NCBI GenBank assembly: GCA_031362845.1
Contig: JANLTI010000202.1
Coordinates: 11,420 to 75,419, forward strand
From: Gemmatimonadaceae bacterium
GTDB lineage: Bacteria > Gemmatimonadota > Gemmatimonadetes > Gemmatimonadales > Gemmatimonadaceae
Direction: 5' to 3'
DNA: 64,000 bases
Part shown: one piece after another, positions 21,926 to 31,452 of the stretch
Layout: each line of letters opens with the position of its first letter
Numbering within the stretch: position 1 is the first letter of the stretch
Notes under the pieces: model-generated
Databases searched by the model: none
What the model was told of the DNA's origin: nothing
The model's input: only the letters and a program-made list of their open reading frames with translations
Program-made: the position numbers and the translations under genes

Positions 21926-22170
21926 TCGGGACGCTCGGCTTCGTGGCGGGCATCATCACCGTCGTGGCGTTCCTGCCCCAGGTCGTGCGCGCGTGGCGTA
22001 CGCGACAGACGCGCGACCTGTCACTCACGGGCATCGCGCTGCTCGTGACGGCCGGCGCTCTCTGGATTCTCTACGGCGCGATGATCGGCGACTGGCCCAT
22101 CGTCGCGACGAACAGCGGCATGGTGGTGCTGAACGTGGCGCTCGGCGTCGCCAAGGTGCGCTACTCCTGA
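21922..22170 (+). CDS. SemiSWEET / PQ-loop small sugar transporter (3 TM)
   Basis: 82 aa starting at GTG 21922 (GTGA overlap with the HAD stop): [34 protein letters not shown]..., containing the PQ motif and three hydrophobic helices. The longer track ORF 21676..22170 is the same frame over-extended through the HAD gene. Confidence 0.72.
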   Translation: MIGTLGFVAGIITVVAFLPQVVRAWRTRQTRDLSLTGIALLVTAGALWILYGAMIGDWPIVATNSGMVVLNVALGVAKVRYS

Positions 22171-22194
22171 CGACGACCGCGGAGGGATGACCGA

Positions 22195-23484
22195 GTGGGG
22201 GATTCGACGATCGTCGCCGCGGACACGGCGTGGATGCTCGTGTGCACGGCGCTGGTGCTGATCATGGTGCCGGCCGCAGCGTTCTTCTACGGCGGACTGG
22301 TGCGATCGAAGAACGCGCTGAACACGATGATGATGTGCGTCGGCGCGATCGGCGTCGTCGGCGTCCTGTGGGCGCTCGCGGGCTACTCGCTCGCGTTCGG
22401 CGGCACGGCGCGGTGGATCGGCGGGCTCCAGCACATCGCCCTGCGGAATGTCGGGCTCGAGGCGCGCGGCACCATTCCGCACCTGCTGTTCATGGCCTAC
22501 CAGGGGACGTTCGCGCTCGTGACGGCCGTGCTCATTGCGGGCGCGGTCGTGGAGCGCATGCGATTCGGCGCGTACCTCACCTTCATCGCCGTGTGGTCGC
22601 TCGCCGTGTACGCGCCGGTGGCGCATTGGGTCTGGGGCGGCGGGTGGCTGAGCCAGCTCGGCGTGCTCGATTTCGCCGGCGGGACGGTGGTCCATATCAA
22701 TGCCGGCATCGCGGCGCCCATCGCGGCGATGCTCGTGGGCGGACGGAAAGACTACGCTCGACAGGCGATGCTTCCCCACAACGTGCCATTCGTCCTCCTC
22801 GGTACGAGCCTGTTGTATTTCGGCTGGTTCGGCTTCAACGCCGGCAGCGCACTCGCGGCGAATGGCGCCGCGGTGCTCGCGTTCACGAATACGCTGCTCG
22901 CGCCGATGTCCGCCCTGGTCGTGTGGATGGCGCTCGACGCAGCGCGCACCGGCCGAGCGACGGCCGTGGGTGCGGCGACCGCCGTCGTGATCGGGCTGGT
23001 CGTGATCACGCCGGCGGCGGGATTCGTGTCGCCTCGGTCTGCGCTGGCGATGGGAGCGATCGGAGCGGTCCCCAGCTATTTCGCCATCGTCTGGCGCGCC
23101 CGCACGCGGCTGGACGATTCACTCGACGTGCTCGCCGGACACGGCGTGGGCGGCATCACGGGCGCACTGCTGACCGGCGTATTCGCCAGCGCGCAGTGGG
23201 GCGGCACGAATGGTCTGCTGCAGGGACGGCCCGCGCAGATCGGGCTGCAGGCGATCGGTGTGTTGGCGACGATTGCCTACTGCGCTCCCGTGACGTACGT
23301 GATCCTCAGGGTCACCGCGCTGCTCGTTCCGCTGCGTGCATCGACTCGCGCCGAGGGACTGGGGATGGACATCACGCAGCATGGCGAAGAAGCGTACTTC
23401 GACGGCGAGGGCGCCGTCCTGGTGTTCCGCGACGGCGAGACGCCTCCGTCGTCGGCGTCGCTCGACGCACAGGGCGCCGCATGA
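22195..23484 (+). CDS. amtB: ammonium transporter (Amt family)
   Basis: 429 aa, 11 TM. Motifs FFYGGLVRSKN, DFAGGTVVHINAG, GVGGITGALLTGVFA. Confidence 0.93.
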   Translation: MGDSTIVAADTAWMLVCTALVLIMVPAAAFFYGGLVRSKNALNTMMMCVGAIGVVGVLWALAGYSLAFGGTARWIGGLQHIALRNVGLEARGTIPHLLFMAYQGTFALVTAVLIAGAVVERMRFGAYLTFIAVWSLAVYAPVAHWVWGGGWLSQLGVLDFAGGTVVHINAGIAAPIAAMLVGGRKDYARQAMLPHNVPFVLLGTSLLYFGWFGFNAGSALAANGAAVLAFTNTLLAPMSALVVWMALDAARTGRATAVGAATAVVIGLVVITPAAGFVSPRSALAMGAIGAVPSYFAIVWRARTRLDDSLDVLAGHGVGGITGALLTGVFASAQWGGTNGLLQGRPAQIGLQAIGVLATIAYCAPVTYVILRVTALLVPLRASTRAEGLGMDITQHGEEAYFDGEGAVLVFRDGETPPSSASLDAQGAA

Positions 23485-23882
23485 AGCTCATCGTCGCGAT
23501 CATTCGACCCGACAAGCTCAACGACGTGCTCGAGCGACTCTACCGCGTGGAGGTGCGTGGCCTGACCGTGAGTCGGGTCATGGGACACGGCGGGGAGACG
23601 GAGCAGGTCGAGACCTATCGCGGGATGACCGTGAAGGTCGAGCTCCATGAGAAAGTGCGACTGGAGATCGCCGTGTCGGAACCGTTCGTCGACGTCACGG
23701 TGGCGGCGATTCTCGCCAGTGCGCACACGGGCGAGGTGGGCGACGGGAAGGTGTTCGTGCTGCCGGTGGAGCACGTGTATCGCATCCGGACGGGCGAGCA
23801 CGATCAGTCTGCCGTCACGCCGGCACCGGGGACGCCGAGCGATCGTCGGGGACGACGCGCGGATGACGACAGCGCATCGTAG
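23481..23882 (+). CDS. glnK: P-II nitrogen regulatory protein with about 20 aa C-terminal extension
   Basis: MKLIVAIIRPDKLNDV...T-loop GHGGETEQVETYRGMTV...GDGKVFVLPVEHVYRIRTGE. ATGA overlap with the amtB stop (23481-23484). It lies in the tail of the spurious 550-aa track ORF 22230..23882. Confidence 0.93.
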   Translation: MKLIVAIIRPDKLNDVLERLYRVEVRGLTVSRVMGHGGETEQVETYRGMTVKVELHEKVRLEIAVSEPFVDVTVAAILASAHTGEVGDGKVFVLPVEHVYRIRTGEHDQSAVTPAPGTPSDRRGRRADDDSAS

Positions 23883-23907
23883 CGCGCACACCTACGGCGG
23901 GTCCGAG

Positions 23908-23980
23908 TGGAGCGTATCGGGATCGAACCGATGACCTCCTGCTTGCAAAGCAGGCGCTCTCCCAACTGAGCTAACGCCCC
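23908..23980 (-). tRNA. tRNA-Ala (anticodon TGC)
   Basis: The reverse complement folds as a cloverleaf: acceptor GGGGCGT/ACGCTCC with the G3:U70 Ala identity pair, D arm GCTC/GAGC, anticodon stem CCTGC/GCAGG with loop TTTGCAA, T arm ATCGG-TTCGATC-CCGAT, discriminator A. CCA is not encoded. Confidence 0.95.
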
Positions 23981-24021
23981 GGAATGCGAAAGCTAACGGG
24001 AACACGGAATGGCGAGAAGCC

Positions 24022-24070
24022 GGTGAACCGTGAACCGTGAACCGTGAACCGTGAACCGTGAACCGTGAAC
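24022..24070. repeat. perfect heptanucleotide tandem array, GGTGAAC followed by (CGTGAAC)x6
   Basis: Read directly: ggtgaac cgtgaac x6. It lies between tRNA-Ala and the 3' end of actF. Confidence 0.95.
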
Positions 24071-24074
24071 GGCA

Positions 24075-24104
24075 AAGGCACCCCGAGTCATCCCGGGATG
24101 CCTT
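24075..24104 (-). terminator. possible hairpin terminator after actF
   Basis: AAGGCA (24075-24080) pairs with TGCCTT (24099-24104), and the inner part contains the palindrome TCCCGGGA. It sits 27 nt beyond the actF stop. No U-tract. Confidence 0.4.
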
Positions 24105-24130
24105 CGATGCGGCCGCGACCGTACCTCGCC

Positions 24131-25456
24131 CTACTCGTGCGCGGGGAGCGGTTCCATCGTGTCGGGATTGACCGGCACCTGGACTTCATCGCGGAATGCG
24201 GAGGTCATCAAGGTCACCCGCATGCGAGGAAACGCGTTCATGAACGCGATGTAGCACAGTCCCCAGGCGCCGACATAGCCGAGGGCGATGGCAATCTCCC
24301 ACAGCCCGAACGGCGTGTGCGCCGCCTCGCCGTAGAGGGACGGATACACCTCGAGATACCGCACGAGCCACATGCCCACGAGGCTGATGGTCGTGAACAA
24401 CGCGAGCGTCGGGTGAAAGACCTTTGCCGCGCGCGACAGCAACCCGAAGAACGGCGCGAAGAACACCAGGATCACGGCGGACACCGTGAGATGCACCCAC
24501 GGTGAAATGAGGCGAATGCGCGCCCAGTGTGTCTCCTCGCCCAGATTGCCGTACCAGATCACCAGATACTGCGAGAAGGTGAGATATCCCCAGAACGCCG
24601 TGAAGGCGAAGCACAGCTTGCCGAGATCGTGGAAGTGGTTCTCACGGATGATCGCATCGGCGTGGAGAAACCGTCGCCACGCCATGACGAGCAGCGTGAA
24701 GAGAGTGAGCGAGCAGAGCCACCCTCCCATGAAGAACCACCATCCATACAGCGTGCTCTGGAAATGCAGCGACAGCCCCATCGAGAGGTCGAGGGCGAGC
24801 AGCGACCACCCGTACCCGAACGCCAGCGCGAGGAAGACGGCGAGCTTGCCCTGCAGGGAGTGTGTGCTGTGCAGTTCGCGCCGCTCCTCCCCGAACCCGG
24901 CGCGCATGCGAGCGCGCAGTCCCCTGGCCCACGCCGCGCCCGCCTCGGGCAGCAGGCCCACGTCCAGCCGCACCGACGTGTAGATGTACCAGAGCGACAG
25001 CGCGGTGATGACGACGAACGACCCCAGCACGCGGGCGGTGAGGAAGCCGGGGCTGAACCAGGCCACCTTCTCGGGCACGGGCGGCACCTCGTGCGTCCAC
25101 GGAAAGATGTGGCCCTTGCCGAGCAGCACGCTGAGGACGAGGAGCAGCAGGGCCAGCGGCAGAAAGGCGACGTACCCTTCCATGAACCGGATGATCGGAC
25201 GCGACCATCTCGCCGTGGTGATGCGCTGCACGGCAACGAACATCACGCCGGCCGACGAGAGCGCGGTGAAGTAGAGCCAATTGAAATGGTACGCGCGCCA
25301 CGCGCGATCGGGTGCGAGGAACAGGCCCACGACGAACGCCAGCGCCCCGACGACGGCGAGGAGGAGACAGGCGGTGGAGATCGCCTTCGGCAGCGGCTTG
25401 GAGTACGCGGCCACCAGCTCGGCGCGTGTGGGGACTGGTGCGGCATGCAGGCTCAT
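24131..25456 (-). CDS. actF: alternative complex III subunit ActF (NrfD/PsrC-like membrane subunit)
   Basis: 441 aa polytopic protein, paralogous in character to ActC. Last gene of the act cluster. ATGA-type 4-nt overlap with actE. Confidence 0.82.
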   Translation of the reverse strand: MSLHAAPVPTRAELVAAYSKPLPKAISTACLLLAVVGALAFVVGLFLAPDRAWRAYHFNWLYFTALSSAGVMFVAVQRITTARWSRPIIRFMEGYVAFLPLALLLLVLSVLLGKGHIFPWTHEVPPVPEKVAWFSPGFLTARVLGSFVVITALSLWYIYTSVRLDVGLLPEAGAAWARGLRARMRAGFGEERRELHSTHSLQGKLAVFLALAFGYGWSLLALDLSMGLSLHFQSTLYGWWFFMGGWLCSLTLFTLLVMAWRRFLHADAIIRENHFHDLGKLCFAFTAFWGYLTFSQYLVIWYGNLGEETHWARIRLISPWVHLTVSAVILVFFAPFFGLLSRAAKVFHPTLALFTTISLVGMWLVRYLEVYPSLYGEAAHTPFGLWEIAIALGYVGAWGLCYIAFMNAFPRMRVTLMTSAFRDEVQVPVNPDTMEPLPAHE

Positions 25457-26256
25457 CGCGCACCTCCTGCTTTCGGCGTCGGGGAGAGTGGCACGGGGGC
25501 GGAGGAGCTGTCCTTCACGCCGGCGCGAACACTGTCCGGCGGTGTGACGGCGGACGGCGGCACGGGAGTACCGGGCATGGTGACGCCACCGCGGGACGGG
25601 CCAGCCTGCGCGCCCGCGTGCAGCCAGTACGGCGAGGGACGCGTCGGTCCCATCTGCGAGTAGCCGGGAACCTTGTCGCCGGTCTCACCGGGCATCCCCA
25701 CGGGCCCGGTCACGACCTGATGGCGTCCCTGCAGCCCTCGCACGTAGTTGACCACGTCCCACCGATCGAGCTCCTCGATGCGGTTGTACGCCGGCATGGC
25801 ACCACGGCCGTTCCGCATGATCGCCCAGAGGTACCCGTCGCTCCGCGACTCGGCGGACACGCCGACGAGCGGCGGTGGATAAATCGCCTTCGTGGCCATG
25901 ATCGGACCATCTCCCTTCCCTGCTTCGCCATGACAGACGGCACAGTTGATCTGATAGTACATCCGCCCATTGTGCAGCGAACGCGCATCCGCCGGCACCG
26001 GATTCACGAGTGCGGACATGGAATCGAGGACACCGGGCAGGGCGATGCGAGACACCGCGTACCCCGGAGCGGCACTGCCGTACACCGAGACGGAGTTCTG
26101 CGGGTTGCCGCGCATCGGGATCGTGTCGTTCGTCGATTCCCACGGGTCCATCTTGGGCTGCTGCTTGAAATCGGTGAACCACGAGCAGGCGCCGAGCACG
26201 AAGACGACCGACAGCAGCAGGCCGCGTTGCGCGGCGCGAGCGACCTTAGCGTTCAT
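25453..26256 (-). CDS. actE: alternative complex III subunit ActE (monoheme cytochrome c lipoprotein)
   Basis: Start chosen at MNAKVARAAQRGLLLSVVFVLGAC (lipobox). Single CAVCH heme motif with downstream Met (RGAMPAY). Pro-rich C-terminal tail. Confidence 0.8.
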   Translation of the reverse strand: MNAKVARAAQRGLLLSVVFVLGACSWFTDFKQQPKMDPWESTNDTIPMRGNPQNSVSVYGSAAPGYAVSRIALPGVLDSMSALVNPVPADARSLHNGRMYYQINCAVCHGEAGKGDGPIMATKAIYPPPLVGVSAESRSDGYLWAIMRNGRGAMPAYNRIEELDRWDVVNYVRGLQGRHQVVTGPVGMPGETGDKVPGYSQMGPTRPSPYWLHAGAQAGPSRGGVTMPGTPVPPSAVTPPDSVRAGVKDSSSAPVPLSPTPKAGGAR

Positions 26257-26746
26257 TTCGCACCTCGAGCGCTCCGTGCCGGCGGAGCACGTCCGTCGCC
26301 TCGACGACGCGGTCCGGGCCCGCGACCACCCAGATCCCGTAGTCGCCATGACTGAACCGCGGGTCGTAGCCGACGGTCATCGTGAGCCGGGGAATGCGTG
26401 ACAGCGCGAACATGCCGAACACCGTCGACAGCGAACCGAAGAGCACCATCAGCTCGAAGCCGATGATCGTGTAGGGAATCCAGCTCGCGACCGGCTTGCC
26501 GCCGACGACGAGCGGCCAGTAGTCGGAGATCCAGATCGCCACCCAGTAGCCGAAGGTGACGCCGAGCAATCCACCGATGAGCGTGAACCGGCGCACGCCG
26601 CTCTTGGGCGCGTCGAGTGCATCCTCGAGCTCATGACGCGGCGTTGGCGTGTACACCGTGATGTCACGGAAATTCTTCTTGCGAAGGTCCTGGATCGCCT
26701 CGACGGTGGCGTCGATCTCGGCGAATGCCCCGAGCACGCCCTGCAT
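26246..26746 (-). CDS. actD: alternative complex III subunit ActD (DUF3341-like, 2 TM)
   Basis: Start at MQGVLGAFAEIDATVEAIQDLRKKNF, with a TGATG 1-nt overlap with the actC stop (catca 26744-26748). The upstream 100 ORF codons are shadow sequence inside actC. Confidence 0.8.
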   Translation of the reverse strand: MQGVLGAFAEIDATVEAIQDLRKKNFRDITVYTPTPRHELEDALDAPKSGVRRFTLIGGLLGVTFGYWVAIWISDYWPLVVGGKPVASWIPYTIIGFELMVLFGSLSTVFGMFALSRIPRLTMTVGYDPRFSHGDYGIWVVAGPDRVVEATDVLRRHGALEVRNER

Positions 26747-28221
26747 CAGTGCGTTCCTCCAGCGGGCCGTATCGTACCCGTCACCCGCGGCTCCGCGACA
26801 TCTCCGTGGGTGAGGTGATGATGGCCAACCGCGGCGTGGCGCATCTTGGGCGCGATGATCTCCTTCACTTCGGAGATGGCCATCACCGGCAGCTGCCGGA
26901 TGAAGAGCAGGAACCACATGAAGAACCAGCCGAAGGAGCCGAGGAGGATGGCGTAGTCGACCCAGGTGGGCGCATAGCTGCCCCACTGCCACGGCTCGAA
27001 CTCGTGCGAGAGCGACGGAATGACGATGACGAATCGCTCGAACCACATCCCGATGTTGATGAAGATGGACAGGATGAAGAGCCAGGACGTGTTACGTCGC
27101 AGCTTCTGCGAGAAGAGCGAAAGCGGCAGCACCATGTTGCAGATCAGCATGATCCACGCGGCCCACCACCACTGGCCGAAGACGCGGTTCCAGAAGTACT
27201 CCTGCTCCACGGCGTTGCCCGACAGCCACGCGACCTGGAACTCCGTGATGTAGGCCAGTCCCACGACCATCGACGTGAACAGGCAGAGCTTCGCCGCGGC
27301 GTCCAGATCGTTGATCGTCACCATGTGCTCCAGCTTGAAGAACTTGCGGAGCGGGATGATGATGGTGAAGACCATGCCGATGCCCGAGAAGATCGCGCCA
27401 GCGACGAAGTACGGCGGGAAGATCGTGGCGTGCCAGCCGGGCGTGAGCGCCATGGCGAAGTCGAACGACACGACGGAGTGCACGGACAGCACGAGCGGCG
27501 TCGCGAAGGCGGCGAGGAAGAGGTACGCGCGGGTGAAGTGCCGCCACTCACGGTCCGAGTTCCGCCATCCCAGCGCCAGCACGGCAAAGATCCGCTTGCG
27601 GATCGGGTTTCGCTCCTGATCGCGCAGGACCGCGATGTCCGGAATGAGTCCGACGTAGAAGAAGGTGGCGGAGACGGTGAGGTAGGTGAGAATCGCGAAG
27701 ACGTCCCACACGAGTGGGCTCTTCGGATTCGGCCAGATCAGCCGCCAGTTCGGGTACGGAATCAGCCAGAAGAACTTCCAGGGACGCCCGAGGTGCAGAA
27801 TGGGGAAGAGTCCTGCCGTCATGACGGCGAACACCGTCATCGCTTCCGCGGCGCGATAGATCGTCGTGCGGAATCCGGCGCGGAAGAGATAGAGAATGGC
27901 GGAAATCAGGGTGCCGGCGTGCCCGATGCCGACCCAGAACACGAACGTGACGATGTAGACGCCCCACATCACGGGCGGGTGATAGCCCGCGGCGCCGAGT
28001 CCTTCGTGAATCTGGTACGTCCAGGCCGACGCGCCGATCAACAGGCAGAAGATGGCGACGGCGAGAGCCGCGAACCATCCGAGCGTCGGCGACAGCGTGG
28101 CGATGACGTCGCGATCCACCTGTTCGTAATCGCGCACGCCGGGCAGACGATTGTCCGCCGTCGGAATGTTCGGATACCGCTCCCGCTCGTCGTTGCGGCG
28201 TGGGGGTGCCATGGTCGCCAT
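26746..28221 (-). CDS. actC: alternative complex III subunit ActC (NrfD/PsrC-like quinol-interacting membrane subunit)
   Basis: 491 aa, about 10 TM, NrfD-like. Position is immediately after actB. Confidence 0.87.
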   Translation of the reverse strand: MATMAPPRRNDERERYPNIPTADNRLPGVRDYEQVDRDVIATLSPTLGWFAALAVAIFCLLIGASAWTYQIHEGLGAAGYHPPVMWGVYIVTFVFWVGIGHAGTLISAILYLFRAGFRTTIYRAAEAMTVFAVMTAGLFPILHLGRPWKFFWLIPYPNWRLIWPNPKSPLVWDVFAILTYLTVSATFFYVGLIPDIAVLRDQERNPIRKRIFAVLALGWRNSDREWRHFTRAYLFLAAFATPLVLSVHSVVSFDFAMALTPGWHATIFPPYFVAGAIFSGIGMVFTIIIPLRKFFKLEHMVTINDLDAAAKLCLFTSMVVGLAYITEFQVAWLSGNAVEQEYFWNRVFGQWWWAAWIMLICNMVLPLSLFSQKLRRNTSWLFILSIFINIGMWFERFVIVIPSLSHEFEPWQWGSYAPTWVDYAILLGSFGWFFMWFLLFIRQLPVMAISEVKEIIAPKMRHAAVGHHHLTHGDVAEPRVTGTIRPAGGTH

Positions 28222-28232
28222 GGTCGCGCTCC

Positions 28233-31200
28233 TTACGCCCCGGCCGGCGATGCCGGCCCCGGATGGTTGACCTTCTTCAAGTAGACCACCGCGGTGTAGG
28301 TGTTGAGCTCCTCGAACACGTGGTATGCGCGCCGATCCTCCACGAGTTTCGAGACGGACCAGGTCGGGTCGGCAGCGTCACCGAACATGATGGCGCGCGA
28401 TGGACACGCCTGCGCGCACGCGACGGTGAATTCGTCGGCGACGAGCTCGCGTCCCTCACTCTTCGCGCGCGTCTCCGCCTCGCGAATCCGCTGCACGCAG
28501 AAGGTGCACTTCTCCATCACGCCCTTGGAGCGGACGGTGACGTCGGGATTCAACTGCCAATTCAGCGGCTCGGGGAACGCGTACTGCTTGCGATCTTCCT
28601 CGCCATACCCGAACCAGTTGAAGTACCGCACCTTGTAGGGGCAGTTGTTGCTGCAATACCGCGTTCCCACGCAGCGATTGTAGACCTGGACGTTGAGCCC
28701 ATCCGGTGCGTGATACGTGGCGTACACGGGACAGACCGGCTCGCACGGCGCGTTACCGCAGTGCTGGCACAGCATCGGCACGAACCGCGACTCGAAGTCC
28801 TCGGTGAAGCGGCCGTCTTCGGCACCCTCGAAGTAGCGCTCGAGACGGATCCAGTTCATCTCGCGCCCGCGCGTGATGTTGAATCCCGGCTTCGAGACCG
28901 CATACACCGACGCGTTCTGCCAGGGTGCGCCCACCGTGGGAATGTTGTTCTCGGCGTAGCACGCGGTGACGCAGGCGGAGCAGCCGGTGCACCGGGCGAG
29001 GTCGACCGTCATTGCCCATCGGCGGTTCGCCATCCCCGACCAGTGGGTGGTGGCGTACATGCCCTTGTCCTTCCCGTTGTCCTTCGCCGTCGGCGCGCCG
29101 AGCTCGCCCTGCGCGTCGGCCGCGACGGGTGAGCGCAGGCCGGGCAGGAACTCGAGACTCGGCTCGCCGGCGATGTTGTGTCCGCCCTCGGCCTGCTCGT
29201 GCCCCTCGGCCTTTCCTTCCGCCTTCACCTCGGCACCGCTCGTGGCGCCATGCGCCGCGGCGCCCTCGGTGGCCGGCCGGTCGCCCGTGCCGCCAGCCAG
29301 CAGCGTGGTGATCGGCACGGCCTGCGCAATGCCACGTCCGTGCTGGCGCGCCGATCCCTCCGTCGACACCAGCGTCTCGTGATCTCCGGTCTTCGTCAGC
29401 GTCGCCTTCGTGCTGACGAGCGCAAATCCTCCGGCATTGTCGGTGGTGGCGCCGAGGAGGTCATGCGCGCGCACGCCGATGTTGCGCGCATAGCGGCCGT
29501 AGCCCCACTGCGTGACGACACGATCGTTGTGCTTGCCGTCGTATTCGTCGAGCTTCGCGACGGCGCCGTGGCCCTGGCCGAGCGCGAGTCCGAGCGTGTC
29601 GGTGCGAATGCCGAGGTAGAGGTAGGCCGGCGCGCGCACCTTGCCGCTGGCGGTGCTCACCTCGACGATGTCACCTCGTTCGATGCCGAGCCGATTAGCC
29701 GTTTCCGGATGGATCTCCACCCACGAGCTCCACAGCACCTTCGTCACCGGGTCGGGCAGTTCCTGGAGCCAGGGCTTGTTCGCACCTCGTCCGTCACCGA
29801 GCACGGGCGAGGGATACGTCACGAGGTAGAAATCGCCCGACGTGCGCTCGAGCGTGATCGCAGCTGGCGCCGGCGACACTGCCGCCGCGGACGGCGCGCG
29901 CGCGACCAGGGCGCCGGTGCCCATGCCTTTCTGCAGCGATGTGGTGAAGACGGTCATTCCACCGGGGAACCGGCCAATCAGCCAGGATCGGTAGTCGCGC
30001 GTGGCGTAGCGTGCGGCGTTGGCCGGGTCCTTTTGCCCGAGTTCGATGAGCACGTCCGCAGTCGCCCGAGCGCCGGCGTAAACGGGATCCATGGCGGGCT
30101 GCTGCAGTCCGATCGCGCCGCGACCGGCGTCGGCGTCGCCCCACGACTCGAGCGAGTGCAGGTCGGGAAGGACCAGGTCGCACAGCTCTGTGGTCTCGTC
30201 CGGGTAGAGCGAGAAGCTCACCTTGAACGGCACCTTGGCGAACGCGTCGGCGAAGTTCGTGGCGGCAGGGAGTGCGTACGCCGGATTGGCGCCGCGCACG
30301 AAGACGACGGGCACGCGGCCCGCGCGCATCTTCTCGACCGCGCTCGCGATGTCACTGAATCGCGCCACGCCGTCGAACGCGCCGGTACTTTCCGCGGGCC
30401 GAATGGTGGTGCCGACCGCGCCGTTCGCCTGATTCAGCGTCGCGACGGCGAGTGCAAGCTCCAGCGCATCTGCGCCGCGCGCGCCCGACAGCACGAGCGC
30501 CGGTCGCGTCGACGCCATCTCCTGCTGCAACCGCGCCAGCACGGATTCCTTCACACCGCTGGCTGTCGCGGCATCCGCGAGCGACCCACTGCCGGCCAGC
30601 GCGCGGGCAATGGCCAGTTCGGTGCCGGGTTTGCAGGCGATCCACTGGTCGGCGTTCAGGCCCGTGAGGGATCGACGCGGTCCGATGTAGACGAAGCGTG
30701 GCGCACCCTGGATTTTCGCGCGAGCGTCGGCGAAGTCGAGCTGCTGGGGCACCGACATGCCCCACGTCTCGAGGAAGTCGGCGCCGAACGACACGATGAG
30801 CTTCGCGTCCGCGAACGACAGCCTGGGCCAGGCGACGCCGTAACTGCGCCGGTTCGCCTCGAGCACCGCGTGGTCCGCCTCGAAATCAACGCTGAGATGC
30901 GGCGACATGCCGAACCCGGCGAGCCATGCGTCGAGGAAGCCGGGAAAGCTGCCGGTCTCGTGCTGATTGATGAACAGTCCCCCGGCGGCCGTGCCCCGGC
31001 TGCGCACCTCGCCGAGCTTCTGGCTCACCAGCGTGAGCGCAGCGCTCCACTCGATCGGCTTCCAGGCGCCGTTCTCCTTCACCATCGGCGAGCGCAGGCG
31101 ATCGGGATTGTAGAGCCCCTGCAGCGCCGACTGGCCGCGGGCGCACAGCGCTCCGCGATTGAGCGGATGATCGGGATTTCCCTCGAGCTTCGTGGTGCGT

Positions 31201-31430
31201 CCGTCGCGCGTCTCGGCGATGATGCCGCAACTCGCCGCGCATTCACGGCAGGTGGTGGCGTAGTAGGTGGAGACGCCGGACACCGTCTCGTCCGGATGGA
31301 CGAGATAGGGGATCAGCTTACCGACCTTCTCGGACGTGCAGCCCACCGTTCCCACGGTGGCACCGGCGGCGCCGAGCACCTTGAGGAAGTCGCGGCGCTT
31401 GACGCCCGTCGACCCCGTGTCGTTGCTCAT
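28233..31430 (-). CDS. actB: alternative complex III subunit ActB (fused molybdopterin-oxidoreductase-like and 4Fe-4S ferredoxin domains)
   Basis: Tat motif at MSNDTGSTGVKRRDFLKVLGAAGA (start moved to ATG 31430). N-terminal Cys cluster CRECAASC. C-terminal ferredoxin clusters CTGCSACVTACYAENN, CQHCGNAPCEPVCP, CVGTRYCSNNCPYKV, CTFC. Confidence 0.9.
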   Translation of the reverse strand: MSNDTGSTGVKRRDFLKVLGAAGATVGTVGCTSEKVGKLIPYLVHPDETVSGVSTYYATTCRECAASCGIIAETRDGRTTKLEGNPDHPLNRGALCARGQSALQGLYNPDRLRSPMVKENGAWKPIEWSAALTLVSQKLGEVRSRGTAAGGLFINQHETGSFPGFLDAWLAGFGMSPHLSVDFEADHAVLEANRRSYGVAWPRLSFADAKLIVSFGADFLETWGMSVPQQLDFADARAKIQGAPRFVYIGPRRSLTGLNADQWIACKPGTELAIARALAGSGSLADAATASGVKESVLARLQQEMASTRPALVLSGARGADALELALAVATLNQANGAVGTTIRPAESTGAFDGVARFSDIASAVEKMRAGRVPVVFVRGANPAYALPAATNFADAFAKVPFKVSFSLYPDETTELCDLVLPDLHSLESWGDADAGRGAIGLQQPAMDPVYAGARATADVLIELGQKDPANAARYATRDYRSWLIGRFPGGMTVFTTSLQKGMGTGALVARAPSAAAVSPAPAAITLERTSGDFYLVTYPSPVLGDGRGANKPWLQELPDPVTKVLWSSWVEIHPETANRLGIERGDIVEVSTASGKVRAPAYLYLGIRTDTLGLALGQGHGAVAKLDEYDGKHNDRVVTQWGYGRYARNIGVRAHDLLGATTDNAGGFALVSTKATLTKTGDHETLVSTEGSARQHGRGIAQAVPITTLLAGGTGDRPATEGAAAHGATSGAEVKAEGKAEGHEQAEGGHNIAGEPSLEFLPGLRSPVAADAQGELGAPTAKDNGKDKGMYATTHWSGMANRRWAMTVDLARCTGCSACVTACYAENNIPTVGAPWQNASVYAVSKPGFNITRGREMNWIRLERYFEGAEDGRFTEDFESRFVPMLCQHCGNAPCEPVCPVYATYHAPDGLNVQVYNRCVGTRYCSNNCPYKVRYFNWFGYGEEDRKQYAFPEPLNWQLNPDVTVRSKGVMEKCTFCVQRIREAETRAKSEGRELVADEFTVACAQACPSRAIMFGDAADPTWSVSKLVEDRRAYHVFEELNTYTAVVYLKKVNHPGPASPAGA

Positions 31431-31452
31431 GTGCAGAGGCTCCTCGGTCGGG

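Noticed and set aside
22230-23882. 550-aa plus-strand ORF.
   Set aside because: It is a chimera. The first about 417 codons are an out-of-frame, Arg-rich shadow of amtB. Only the last 133 codons (from ATG 23481) are real and encode the P-II protein.
23908-24130. tRNA-Ala as an integration site for a genomic island.
   Set aside because: There is no integrase and no direct repeat of the tRNA 3' end that I could see. The flanking genes (amtB-glnK, the ACIII operon) are core metabolism with the same composition.
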